Source: Escherichia coli
GTDB taxonomy: Bacteria; Pseudomonadota; Gammaproteobacteria; Enterobacterales; Enterobacteriaceae
Strand: one strand, 5' to 3'
DNA length: 32,000 bases
NCBI RefSeq assembly: GCF_043950225.1
Contig: NZ_CP171637.1
How positions within the stretch are numbered: the first letter of the stretch is position 1; each line of letters begins with the position of its first letter. The notes under the pieces are model-generated. The model worked only from the letters and a program-made list of their open reading frames with translations. It did no database searches and was not told where the DNA came from. A program made the position numbers and the translations under genes. Shown here one piece after another: positions 21,492 through 31,457 of this stretch.

Positions 21492-22622
21492 CTACAGTTT
21501 CATGATCTTGTTCGCTATTTTTTCGAAGTAAACCTCATTCTTAAGAAGAGTTATATTGTTTGTTTGAACACCCAGACCACTGGAGGTTGACTGGAAGTTG
21601 AGTGAACCACTTATCACTGTGGACTTTCCTGATAAAAAAGAAATCAACTCCTTGGAAGATGGTGCCCACTCAGGGTTTAAGAGTAATGCAATATAGATAT
21701 ATGTCTTACGAAGCAATTGTTCGATATCTTTTTTATGCCCTGTAGTGTTTTGCTTACCTTTAATGCAAATAGATTTGATTATGAACTCATCAGGGCTGGT
21801 TAAAGGCGTTTTAAACTTATTCAGTGATCCATCGTTATGAATGACTTCATAAGGCAGCATAGATAAAATGATCAATGCAATCATTTTAGGATGATAAAGG
21901 TAGTTATCACGAATGATTTTTCCTGCCTTCATTGTATTGAGCGTTGTTTGAATAAATACAAAGTGATATTCAGAGCAAAAGTAACAAAACACAAGCCAGG
22001 ATAGGTCAATGGCTGGAATGTTAATATCCTTAGGTAGTTTGTTTAGCCAGTATTCAGACTTCAAAAAGGTCCTGATTTCAACAGTATATTCATGCATTTT
22101 TGCGCTGAAATCAAGCATTGCTACTTGACCTGATTGTTCCGTAACTGTGTGGTCTATAAATGTTAGTGTATTGCACATTTTATCCAGCGTGTTTTGAAAA
22201 CAAGAAAGGAGTTCGGCATTATTATTACCATTAACCGCAGATGAAAGTTCAGTTTTAATAAATGCATCCAGTAGCATACAGATTTCTTTCGGAATTACAT
22301 TTTTACGGGATTGCTGTGAATAGAAATGTACTGCCAGTAAATTAAAGGCAGTGCACTCCTTTTTTAACCATTGTTCGAGCACTGGGACGTGCTGAAAAAA
22401 ATTGATATGCTTAGCAGTAGATGCTGATGGAGATAGTACATGAAGAATATCTACAGCAGGCTTCATTTGCAATATTTGATCGGATTCGGTAGTCGTCATT
22501 AGTTCCAGTAATTGCTGTTCAGAAAATAGTTTAGACAGGTGATCAATGTCTTTTTGGTATTGATTAAGTTTTGTTAAATTCCCCGGTATACGGGTTACAT
22601 TGTTTTTCATTTTCTCGAACAT
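21492..22622 (-). CDS. Uncharacterised protein, 376 aa
   Basis: Long uninterrupted AT-rich ORF; no recognisable motif. Confidence 0.7.
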   Translation of the reverse strand: MFEKMKNNVTRIPGNLTKLNQYQKDIDHLSKLFSEQQLLELMTTTESDQILQMKPAVDILHVLSPSASTAKHINFFQHVPVLEQWLKKECTAFNLLAVHFYSQQSRKNVIPKEICMLLDAFIKTELSSAVNGNNNAELLSCFQNTLDKMCNTLTFIDHTVTEQSGQVAMLDFSAKMHEYTVEIRTFLKSEYWLNKLPKDINIPAIDLSWLVFCYFCSEYHFVFIQTTLNTMKAGKIIRDNYLYHPKMIALIILSMLPYEVIHNDGSLNKFKTPLTSPDEFIIKSICIKGKQNTTGHKKDIEQLLRKTYIYIALLLNPEWAPSSKELISFLSGKSTVISGSLNFQSTSSGLGVQTNNITLLKNEVYFEKIANKIMKL

Positions 22623-23128
22623 AATTTTATCCTCGTTTGAATTATTACACTGATTTAAAAAGTAGCATGTCGTGTTAGCGAGGTAATCCTAAAACGTGAA
22701 TGGCAGCAGGGGCAAGCTTGAATCTGCGTAAGGATATGGCTTGAATTTAATGGTGTGATCAGTGAGTTAGAGGCTTATAGCTATTTAAATACAATAAGTT
22801 ATGACGGTGTGTGGCGGGTGTAAATCGGTTAGTTTTTATGGTTAAAATATGAGCGCTGTGAGGTTTGAGATATGATGGTTTTTAAATTACATACAAGTTA
22901 CCCCTGATGATCAGTATTAATACCAGAATGATACATGCGAGCAGCACCCAATCCTGTACTATTGATGATGACTATACAAGGCTGAAACTTTGAGTCGTAT
23001 GTTGCCAGGAGGATTAATGTCCACAAGGCCCAGATAGAATGATTTCTCAGATATTAAAGTTGAAACTTATTAACTATGTGAGAGGCTGATATTTATTCAG
23101 TCTCTAATTTGTTTTTATCGTTTTGAAG

Positions 23129-24364
23129 TTAAAAGGAAATAAATAATGCCTTTCGCCGATGAATCAATGTGCTGATTTCCCTCAAATCAGCCTCAATACT
23201 ACCAACATCACCAAAGACTTCACCTCTAATCTCACTTCGATTTTTCATGAAATTGGTGCTTAATAATTTTTCTTTTTTTAATGCCATTAATTTTGGTTTT
23301 ATATCGTTATAGAAGTGCTTATGGCTTACCCTGATGTTATGAATCGAGTAGTAAACTGTTTTATACATTAAAAATATAAGTAACTGGCCAAGAAGATATT
23401 CTTTTTCAATGTATTTATATTGAGAGGATTTTTCGCGTTTCGCCAGGTAGAAAACATGAGGTGCGATGATGGTGGGGATAAAATCCAGTGCTGGAGAGGT
23501 TTTGGTTTTTTCTGTTTCTCTTCCGGATTGAAGATGTTGAAGTACAGAGTATGCAATGCTTAATATTATGGCATTGCTTATATTATTAATTTCAGTTGGG
23601 TAAATATGCAGGTTGCTTATCAATTCTGAAAGGCAAAGTAAAACACCAGTGATGTTGGGTTTTCTGCCAGAGATTGTGGTGCTGTTAAAAATGTGACGAT
23701 TCTTACGACTTATATTGACAAGTTTATGAGTGCAGAACTCTATATGTTCGACGATTTTATCTTGACTGTTTTTAATGTATTTTGAAATGTTAGTGATCCG
23801 GCCATTCAACGTTAGTTCATCAAGCAATATATCATTTTTAATATTGCGAATTTCATCGCAATGTTCACATTGAGAAACTATCTCATGTAATACATAACTC
23901 GACGTATTGCGGGGTGACGCTGATATGTAATCTAAAATAGAAGGCTCGATTTTGATTTTTTGTTTGTATTTTTTAATGCACTGTTTGATTGTTTTTTGTA
24001 GAGTATTTGAGATGTGTTTTTTATATTCTTTTAGAAAATCTTGCTCTAAAAAGAGTGAGGAGAAGATCAACTGCTGGCGAGATAATTTAATCTCAGGCTT
24101 GATCAATTTAATCCGAAAAACTCTTCCCTCCAACTCATAGCTGAAAATGGAAGATAAGTCATAGTGGGGTGATAAATGTTCGAGTAACGACATTCGTGTA
24201 TTCATTAGCCGCTTGAATTTATGGTCAGCATACATAAGTGTTTTTTTTATTTGCTCATCATAAAGTGGGGCGATAGCGCAGTTGGCAATACTCATTCTAT
24301 CCGGAGACCTCCAGTCAGCAGGGGAATCACATTGACGGTCATCATTACTATCAAAGGGCATCAA
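23129..24364 (-). CDS. Uncharacterised protein, up to 411 aa (start uncertain, downstream Met possible)
   Basis: Long uninterrupted AT-rich ORF, lysine/isoleucine-rich, no recognised family. Confidence 0.7.
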   Translation of the reverse strand: MMPFDSNDDRQCDSPADWRSPDRMSIANCAIAPLYDEQIKKTLMYADHKFKRLMNTRMSLLEHLSPHYDLSSIFSYELEGRVFRIKLIKPEIKLSRQQLIFSSLFLEQDFLKEYKKHISNTLQKTIKQCIKKYKQKIKIEPSILDYISASPRNTSSYVLHEIVSQCEHCDEIRNIKNDILLDELTLNGRITNISKYIKNSQDKIVEHIEFCTHKLVNISRKNRHIFNSTTISGRKPNITGVLLCLSELISNLHIYPTEINNISNAIILSIAYSVLQHLQSGRETEKTKTSPALDFIPTIIAPHVFYLAKREKSSQYKYIEKEYLLGQLLIFLMYKTVYYSIHNIRVSHKHFYNDIKPKLMALKKEKLLSTNFMKNRSEIRGEVFGDVGSIEADLREISTLIHRRKALFISF

Positions 24365-24667
24365 CGTTGCCGATTATGGATGATGTCAGCTTCACACACC
24401 AGAACGGGTGATATATGGATCATCATTACCCCAACGGCAGTTTTACACCATGGCTAATATGGATGCTATCTTACTAAGATAATTGGTTTTTAGCGAGTGA
24501 CGAGCCAGGTTTTGTCAGTCTGTCTCATGTCGATATTACGGGGATGATGCAAACCTGAATGCTGCGATATTGGCGTGTCAGGGGAGGCATCTTACGGTAT
24601 CATTTACCGCAATTTTTGAGATGCAAAGTCCTGCATCGCTAGCTTTTTCTTCAGACCAGGATGATTC

Positions 24668-26191
24668 ATGAACGACAAAATCAGTCAGGACACGATCAAC
24701 AAAGCCCTGTGGGCCGCCTGTGATACGTTCCGTGGCACCATCAGTGCTGATACCTATAAAGACTTTATCCTTACCATGCTGTTCCTCAAGTACATTTCAG
24801 ATGTCTGGCAGGATCACTATGACGAATACAAAGAACAGTATGGCGATGCGCCGGAACTGATTGAAGCGATGATGGCCAACGAGCGTTTTGTACTGCCAAA
24901 AAGTGCCAGCTTTTATGCGCTGTACGAACGCCGCCATGAGCCGGGTAACGGTGAGCGTATCGATCAGGCTCTGCATGCAATCGAAGAAGCCAACGGAACC
25001 AAACTGAAAGATGCCGGGAAAAGCGTGTTCCAGGATATTTCGTTTAACACCGATCGTCTTGGCGAAGAAAAACAGAAAAACACCATCCTTCGTCAGCTAC
25101 TGGAAGACTTCGCCGGTGAAGATCTCAACCTGAAGCCGAGTCGTGTCGGTACGCTGGACGTTATCGGCAATGCTTACGAATACCTGATCAAAAACTTTGC
25201 CGCCAGCGGTGGGCAGAAAGCCGGGGAGTTCTATACCCCACCGGAAGTTTCGGACCTGATTGCAGAACTGCTCGATCCGCAACCGGGTGATACCATCTGC
25301 GATCCAGCCTGTGGTTCCGGTTCATTATTGATGAAGTGTGGGCGTAAAATTGTCTCCGGGCATGATAGTCGTAACTATGCATTGTTCGGTCAGGAAGCGA
25401 TCGGTTCTACGTGGTCGCTGGCGAAAATGAATATGTTCCTGCACGGGGAAGACAACCATAAAATCGAGTGGGGCGATACCATTCGCAACCCGAAGCTGCT
25501 CGATAAAAATGGCGACCTGATGCTGTTTGATATCGTGACCGCTAACCCACCGTTCAGCCTCGATAAGTGGGGCCATGACGAGGCCGAGAACGATAAGTTT
25601 GGCCGTTTTCGTCGCGGTGTACCGCCGAAGACTAAAGGAGATTACGCTTTTATCTCGCATATGATCGAAACCCTGAAACCGGGAACTGGCCGTATGGGCG
25701 TAGTTGTGCCACACGGTGTGCTTTTCCGTGGCTCCAGCGAAGGTAAAATTCGCCAGAAACTGATCGACGAAAATTTGCTGGATGCGGTAATTGGTCTGCC
25801 GGAAAAACTGTTCTACGGTACGGGGATTCCGGCTGCGATTCTGATTTTCAAAAAGCAGAAAGTTGATGACAAGGTGCTGTTTATCGATGCCAGCCGTGAA
25901 TTCAAGGCAGGTAAAAACCAGAACCAGCTTAGCGAAGAAAACATTAAGAAAATCGTCAAGACCTACCGTGATGGCGATAACGTCGAGAAATACGCCTATC
26001 TTGCCAGCCTGAAGGAAATTCAGGACAACGATTACAACCTCAATATTCCGCGCTATGTCGATACCTTTGAGGAAGAAGACGAGATCGATTTGCTGGTGGT
26101 GCGTAAGGAACGTGAGCAACTAAAGGTGGAGCTGGCGAAACTGGAAACGGAGATGGCGGGTTATCTGAAGGAGCTTGGTTATGGCTCGTGA
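24668..26191 (+). CDS. hsdM: Type I restriction-modification system DNA methyltransferase (M) subunit
   Basis: 507 aa with SAM motif DPACGSGSLLMK and catalytic TANPPFSLDKW. Confidence 0.95.
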   Translation: MNDKISQDTINKALWAACDTFRGTISADTYKDFILTMLFLKYISDVWQDHYDEYKEQYGDAPELIEAMMANERFVLPKSASFYALYERRHEPGNGERIDQALHAIEEANGTKLKDAGKSVFQDISFNTDRLGEEKQKNTILRQLLEDFAGEDLNLKPSRVGTLDVIGNAYEYLIKNFAASGGQKAGEFYTPPEVSDLIAELLDPQPGDTICDPACGSGSLLMKCGRKIVSGHDSRNYALFGQEAIGSTWSLAKMNMFLHGEDNHKIEWGDTIRNPKLLDKNGDLMLFDIVTANPPFSLDKWGHDEAENDKFGRFRRGVPPKTKGDYAFISHMIETLKPGTGRMGVVVPHGVLFRGSSEGKIRQKLIDENLLDAVIGLPEKLFYGTGIPAAILIFKKQKVDDKVLFIDASREFKAGKNQNQLSEENIKKIVKTYRDGDNVEKYAYLASLKEIQDNDYNLNIPRYVDTFEEEDEIDLLVVRKEREQLKVELAKLETEMAGYLKELGYGS

Positions 26192-27440
26192 AATAATATT
26201 GCAAAAGCTGCCTGTAGGGTGGAGCTACAATTTATTGGATAATATTGCTGAAAGATGCAGTGGCCATACACCGAGTAAATCATTCCCGGAATATTGGAAT
26301 GGTGGCATTAAATGGATTTCCCTCGCTGATTCATGTCGCCTTGATAAAGGGTACGTTTATGAAACCGATAAAGAAATATCTCTAGAGGGCATCAAAAATA
26401 GTTCAGCTGAAGTACATCCGGCGGAAACGGTTGTATTATCGCGCGACGCAGGTGTTGGCAAGAGTGGTGTTATGGCTACGCCAATGGCTGTGAGTCAGCA
26501 CTTTATTGCCTGGAAATGTGATAATAAAGAAAAGCTTCATAGTTGGTATCTTTATAATTGGTTGCAGTTAAATAAAGAAGAGTTCGAAAGGCAAGCTGTT
26601 GGCTCTACAATTAAAACAATTGGTCTTCCATATTTTAAGAAATTAAGAATAGCTGTTCCTCCTTTTGACGAACAAAAGAAAATCGCCCAAATCCTGTCAA
26701 CCTGGGATAAGGCGATTTCGGTGACGGAAAAGCTTCTCACCAACAGTCAGCAGCAGAAAAAAGCCCTGATGCAGCAATTGCTTACTGGGAAGAAACGCTT
26801 GCTGGATGAGAATGGGGTGAGGTTTAGCACGGAGTGGGAGTTTAAAAGAATAAGTGAAATAGCAACGCGAGTTCAACGTAAAAATGATGCTGCCGAACAT
26901 CCTATTTTAACAATATCATCTTTGTCCGGATTTGTCCGGCAGGATGAGCGTTATAGTCGTTATATGGCGGGAGAAAGTGTGAAAAATTATATCCTGCTTA
27001 AAAAAGGTGAGTTTGCATATAACAAAGGAAACTCAAAAACATACGAGTTCGGATGTATTTTTGACCTTGAAGCATATGAAGCAGGACTGGTACCCCATGT
27101 CTATGTTTGCTTTAGATTAAAAAATGGGCTCAGTCACCGTTATTTTAAATATTTATTTGAGGCTGATTATCTCAAGCCACAGTTAGGGGCGTTAGTTAAT
27201 ACTGGGGTCCGAAATAATGGTTTATTAAATATCAAACCGACAGAGTTTATGCAAACAAAAGTCCCTGTTCCATGTTTTGAAGAGCAGGAAAGCATCGCTG
27301 ATATGTTATATAACTCCAGCAGGACGATACGTGTTCTTCAGGATAAACTCGCCTGCCTGAAAGACGAGAAAAAAGCCCTGATGCAACAGCTACTGACTGG
27401 CAAACGTCGTGTTAAGGTCGATGAGGCGGTTGCCGTATGA
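26181..27440 (+). CDS. hsdS: Type I restriction-modification specificity (S) subunit
   Basis: Two target-recognition regions separated by conserved repeats (KKIAQILSTWDKAI...KKALMQQLLTGKKR; KKALMQQLLTGKRR); overlaps the hsdM stop. Confidence 0.93.
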   Translation: MAREIILQKLPVGWSYNLLDNIAERCSGHTPSKSFPEYWNGGIKWISLADSCRLDKGYVYETDKEISLEGIKNSSAEVHPAETVVLSRDAGVGKSGVMATPMAVSQHFIAWKCDNKEKLHSWYLYNWLQLNKEEFERQAVGSTIKTIGLPYFKKLRIAVPPFDEQKKIAQILSTWDKAISVTEKLLTNSQQQKKALMQQLLTGKKRLLDENGVRFSTEWEFKRISEIATRVQRKNDAAEHPILTISSLSGFVRQDERYSRYMAGESVKNYILLKKGEFAYNKGNSKTYEFGCIFDLEAYEAGLVPHVYVCFRLKNGLSHRYFKYLFEADYLKPQLGALVNTGVRNNGLLNIKPTEFMQTKVPVPCFEEQESIADMLYNSSRTIRVLQDKLACLKDEKKALMQQLLTGKRRVKVDEAVAV

Positions 27441-28120
27441 AACTGACGAAAAGCGGTCCACTGACTGACCGGGAAATCGACTGGCTGGAAGAAATATTAA
27501 TGAAGTATGGAATGGATGATTCTGTACTCTGTTTCTCTGAGCTGGATGGCTTTCTGACAGCGATTGTCTCTGGCCCGAATATGATCCCCCCTAATACCTG
27601 GCTTAGTGCTATCTGGGGTCGTGGTGACTACTACCCTCACTGGACCACTGAAAAAGAGATGACTCGTTTTGTGGGGCTGTGTTTTCAGCATATGAACGAT
27701 ATCGCTGGTTGCCTTTATGACGCCCCTGAACTGTTTGAGCCGATTTTCAATGAGCGTGAGGTAAAGGGGGAAAAATATACCATTGTGGAAGAGTGGTGTT
27801 TTGGTTATATGAAAGGAAAGTCACTGGATGACTGGTCTGGTCTTCCCGGTGAGTTACGGCCTTCTCTGGAAGTGATCGCTCTTCATGGCGTGGAGAAGAA
27901 TTTTCCTGTACTTGAGAAAATGACCGGAGAGCAGTTTGAGAAAAGTATTTCCCTTATTCAGCCTGCTGCACTGGCACTTTATCAGTACTGGTTGTCAGTG
28001 AGAATGTCAGAGGCATCATCCCGGCCTGTTCCAGTGAAGGGGGCAGAAAACATGCCCGGGCGAAATGACCCGTGTCCGTGTGGCAGCGGTAAAAAATTTA
28101 AGAAGTGCTGTCTGCATTGA
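27437..28120 (+). CDS. YecA-like (UPF0149 family) protein with C-terminal SEC-C zinc motif, 227 aa
   Basis: SELDGFLTAIVSGP and IVEEWCFGYMKG in the body plus PGRNDPCPCGSGKKFKKCCLH at the end; start overlaps the hsdS stop (ATGA). Confidence 0.85.
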   Translation: MKLTKSGPLTDREIDWLEEILMKYGMDDSVLCFSELDGFLTAIVSGPNMIPPNTWLSAIWGRGDYYPHWTTEKEMTRFVGLCFQHMNDIAGCLYDAPELFEPIFNEREVKGEKYTIVEEWCFGYMKGKSLDDWSGLPGELRPSLEVIALHGVEKNFPVLEKMTGEQFEKSISLIQPAALALYQYWLSVRMSEASSRPVPVKGAENMPGRNDPCPCGSGKKFKKCCLH

Positions 28121-28169
28121 TGAATCTTCATGTGACCAGTAGCGAGTAGCGCCAGAAAGAAAAGGATTA

Positions 28170-31100
28170 ATGATGAACCAGACGTACACGCCAAAATTCC
28201 AGGAAGAATACAGCGCCAAAATTCCGGCACTGACGTTACTGACCAGCCTCGGCTGGACGTTTTTATCTCCGAAACAGATTATGGATTACCGGGGCTATAA
28301 ACAGGATGAGGTGGTGCTGCGTCCGGTTCTGCGTGAAGAGCTGTCGAAGCGTTCCTTTATGGCGGGTGGCAAAACCTGCCAGTTATCGGAAAAAGCACTG
28401 GATAACCTGATATCACAGGTCTGTTCTCCGGCGCTGAATGAAGGGCTGCTCAAAGCCAATGAACGGATGTATAACCATCTGCTCTACGGTATCGCCGTCA
28501 CGGAGTTTGTCGATGGCAAGAAGGTCAACCCCACCATTGCGCTGATCGACTGGGAACATCCGGAAAATAACCAGTTCCATTTTACTGAAGAATTTACGGT
28601 ATTGCGGTCAGGTGGTGTTGAAACCCGGAGGCCAGATATTGTCTGCTTTGTTAATGGTATCCCGCTGGCTGTTATTGAAGCGAAAAGCCCGGCTGGTCAT
28701 GGCAAGAAAGGGCCAACCATTGACGAGGGGATATCCCAGAGTATCCGCAACCAGTTCAACGATGAAATCCCGCAGCTGTTTGTCTATAGCCAGTTATTAC
28801 TTTCAATTAACGGGCATGACGGACGCTATGGTACCTGTCATACACCAATGAAATTCTGGGCGGCATGGCGCGAAGAAGATATTACCGATCCGCAGATGTA
28901 TGCGCTGCGCAACCATCAGTTATCGACTGAACAAATTCATGCGTTGTTTGATCATCGTCCTTCAGTCGATCTCAAATGGTATCAACAGTTAATCGATGGG
29001 GGGGAACTGGCAGTCAGCGGGCAGGATAAGCTGCTCATCAGTCTGCTTTCACCGGAACGTCTGCTGGAGATGACCCGCTTCTTCACCCTGTTTGATAAAA
29101 AAACCGGAAAAATTGTTGCCCGCTATCAGCAGGTGTTCGGGATAAAAAGACTGCTGGAACGCATCAGTACCCGCAGACCAGACGGGGGCAGGGAAGGTGG
29201 GGTGATCTGGCATACCACGGGGTCAGGTAAATCTTACACCATGGTATTCCTCAGCAAGGCGCTGATTCTTCATGACAGCCTGAAGCGGTGTCGTATCGTG
29301 GTGGTGACGGACCGTATCGATCTTGAAGAACAGCTCAGCAGTACCTTTGCATCCGGCGGCGAGTTGGCCGGGAAAAAAGACAAAGCCAATGCAATGGCGA
29401 CATCCGGGCAGATGCTGGCGAAACAGATTGGCTCCGGTAAAGAACGCATCATTTTCACCCTAATCCAGAAATTTAATTCAGCGACAAAACTTCCTGAATG
29501 CGTCAATACCAGCCCCGATATCATCGTTCTGATTGATGAAGGACACCGTAGCCAGGGTGGTGAGAACCATGTGCGAATGAAACTGGCACTGCCGAACGCC
29601 GCCTTTGTGGCATTTACTGGTACGCCATTGCTAAAAGAAGATAAGACCACCAATAAATTCGGACCGATTGTCCACGCTTATACCATGCAGCGAGCGGTAG
29701 AAGATAAAGCCGTTACACCTTTGCTGTATGAAGAACGTATTCCCGACCTTGAGGTTAACGATCGGGCAATAGATGCCTGGTTTGATCGTATTACCGATGG
29801 GTTAAGCGAAGCGCAAAAAGCCGACCTTAAGCGTAAATATGCCCGTAAAGGTGAGGTTTATAGTGCAGATGATCGCATCCGGCTGATCGCACTCGATATC
29901 GCCACACACTTCTCGAAGAATATTGATGAGGGGCTGAAAGGCCAGCTTGCCTGCGACAGCAAGATTTCCGCCATCAAATATAAAAAGTATCTTGATGAAG
30001 CCGGGTTGTTTGAGTCAGCAGTAGTTATCAGCCCGCCGGATACCCGGGAAGGGAATACCGAAGTGGATGAAAGCAAACTGCCGGAAGTGACGAAATGGTG
30101 GAAGGATAATGTCGGCACGCAGGATGAGTCTGTGTATACCCGTAATGTCATCAGTCGTTTCGATACCGATGAGAAGCTCAAATTGCTGATAGTCGTTGAT
30201 AAACTGCTCACCGGGTTTGATGAGCCGAAGAATACCGTGCTGTATATCGACAAGCCGCTTAAGTCCCACAACCTTATCCAGGCGATTGCGCGGGTGAACC
30301 GACTGCATCCACTGAAAAAGTTCGGTCTGCTGATTGATTATCGCGGTATTCTGGCTGAGCTGGACACGACTATCGGCAAATATCAGGACCTCGCCTCCCG
30401 AACTCAGGGCGGATACGACATCAAAGATATTGACGGGCTGTACAGCGCCATGAGCTCTGAATACAAGCGCCTGCCGCATCTGTATAACCAGCTGTGGGCC
30501 ATATTTGCTGGTGTCAAAAACAAAAATGATACTGAGCAGTTACGTGCGGTACTGGTGCCTAAAATGGAAGAACGTGACGGAGAGATGGTCGATATCCATC
30601 AGAAAACCCGTGATGATTTCTTCGAGGCGTTAACGGCCTTTGCCGGATGTCTGAAAGTGGCACTGCAGTCCGCTACCTTCTTCACCGACAAGAGCTTTAC
30701 GGAACAAGACCGAAATCTCTATAAAGAAACCGTAAAACAGATGTCCAGCCTGCGCCAGTGGGCGATGCAGGTAAGTGGAGAGCAGGTCAATTATGACGAC
30801 TACGCTGAGCAGGTGAAAAAACTGCTGGATAAGCATGTCACCGGCGTTGAGGTTCGTGAACCGGATGGCGTGTATGAAGTCGGTAAAATGGGCAAGAGCG
30901 AAAAGCCCGAAGAGTGGGACAACAATAAAACCCGCAATGAAACCGACATCATTAAAACCCGTGTGACAAAGATGATTGAGCAGGAGCTGCGTGATGACCC
31001 GTATGCTCAGGAGGCATTTTCAAAACTCCTGCGTATGGCTATCGAAGAGGCTGAAAAACTGTTTGACCATCCGCTGAAACAGTACCTTTTGTTCCGTGAA

Positions 31101-31457
31101 TTTGAAGAACAGGTTGAAGCCCGTAAGCTCAGCGATATCCCGGATGCACTGGCGGTAAACAAGCATGCTCAGGCGTATTACGGTGTATTTAAAAAAGAGC
31201 TACCTGAGGTTTTTGCGGTAAACGACGTTCAGGTGCAGGATAAGTGGACCAAGCTGGCTTTTGAAGTGGACAACATTATCGTCAAAGCGGTGGCAGAAAA
31301 CTCCCTGAACCCCCAGGACATTGAGAAAGTCGTTAAGACAAGTCTGCTACCACTGCTGTTTACGGCCTGCCGGGAAATTGGTGCCGGAATGAATCAGGTT
31401 AACCGTATTGTTGAAACCATCATCCAGATACTGCGCGTTGGTTTGATGAAATCATGA
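28170..31457 (+). CDS. hsdR: Type I restriction endonuclease (R) subunit, 1095 aa (start 28170 or 28173)
   Basis: PD-(D/E)XK-type IPLAVIEAKSP, Walker A IWHTTGSGKSYTM, DEGHRSQGG helicase motif, GTPLLKEDK, QAIARVNRL. Confidence 0.96.
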   Translation: MMNQTYTPKFQEEYSAKIPALTLLTSLGWTFLSPKQIMDYRGYKQDEVVLRPVLREELSKRSFMAGGKTCQLSEKALDNLISQVCSPALNEGLLKANERMYNHLLYGIAVTEFVDGKKVNPTIALIDWEHPENNQFHFTEEFTVLRSGGVETRRPDIVCFVNGIPLAVIEAKSPAGHGKKGPTIDEGISQSIRNQFNDEIPQLFVYSQLLLSINGHDGRYGTCHTPMKFWAAWREEDITDPQMYALRNHQLSTEQIHALFDHRPSVDLKWYQQLIDGGELAVSGQDKLLISLLSPERLLEMTRFFTLFDKKTGKIVARYQQVFGIKRLLERISTRRPDGGREGGVIWHTTGSGKSYTMVFLSKALILHDSLKRCRIVVVTDRIDLEEQLSSTFASGGELAGKKDKANAMATSGQMLAKQIGSGKERIIFTLIQKFNSATKLPECVNTSPDIIVLIDEGHRSQGGENHVRMKLALPNAAFVAFTGTPLLKEDKTTNKFGPIVHAYTMQRAVEDKAVTPLLYEERIPDLEVNDRAIDAWFDRITDGLSEAQKADLKRKYARKGEVYSADDRIRLIALDIATHFSKNIDEGLKGQLACDSKISAIKYKKYLDEAGLFESAVVISPPDTREGNTEVDESKLPEVTKWWKDNVGTQDESVYTRNVISRFDTDEKLKLLIVVDKLLTGFDEPKNTVLYIDKPLKSHNLIQAIARVNRLHPLKKFGLLIDYRGILAELDTTIGKYQDLASRTQGGYDIKDIDGLYSAMSSEYKRLPHLYNQLWAIFAGVKNKNDTEQLRAVLVPKMEERDGEMVDIHQKTRDDFFEALTAFAGCLKVALQSATFFTDKSFTEQDRNLYKETVKQMSSLRQWAMQVSGEQVNYDDYAEQVKKLLDKHVTGVEVREPDGVYEVGKMGKSEKPEEWDNNKTRNETDIIKTRVTKMIEQELRDDPYAQEAFSKLLRMAIEEAEKLFDHPLKQYLLFREFEEQVEARKLSDIPDALAVNKHAQAYYGVFKKELPEVFAVNDVQVQDKWTKLAFEVDNIIVKAVAENSLNPQDIEKVVKTSLLPLLFTACREIGAGMNQVNRIVETIIQILRVGLMKS

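Noticed and set aside
23171-23191. gctgattt ccctc aaatcagc inverted repeat
   Set aside because: 8-bp stem inside the 3' end of the 411-aa ORF with no T-run; probably chance or a weak attenuator.
25325-26119. 264-aa minus-strand ORF
   Set aside because: Antisense shadow of hsdM, which has full catalytic motifs in the other strand.
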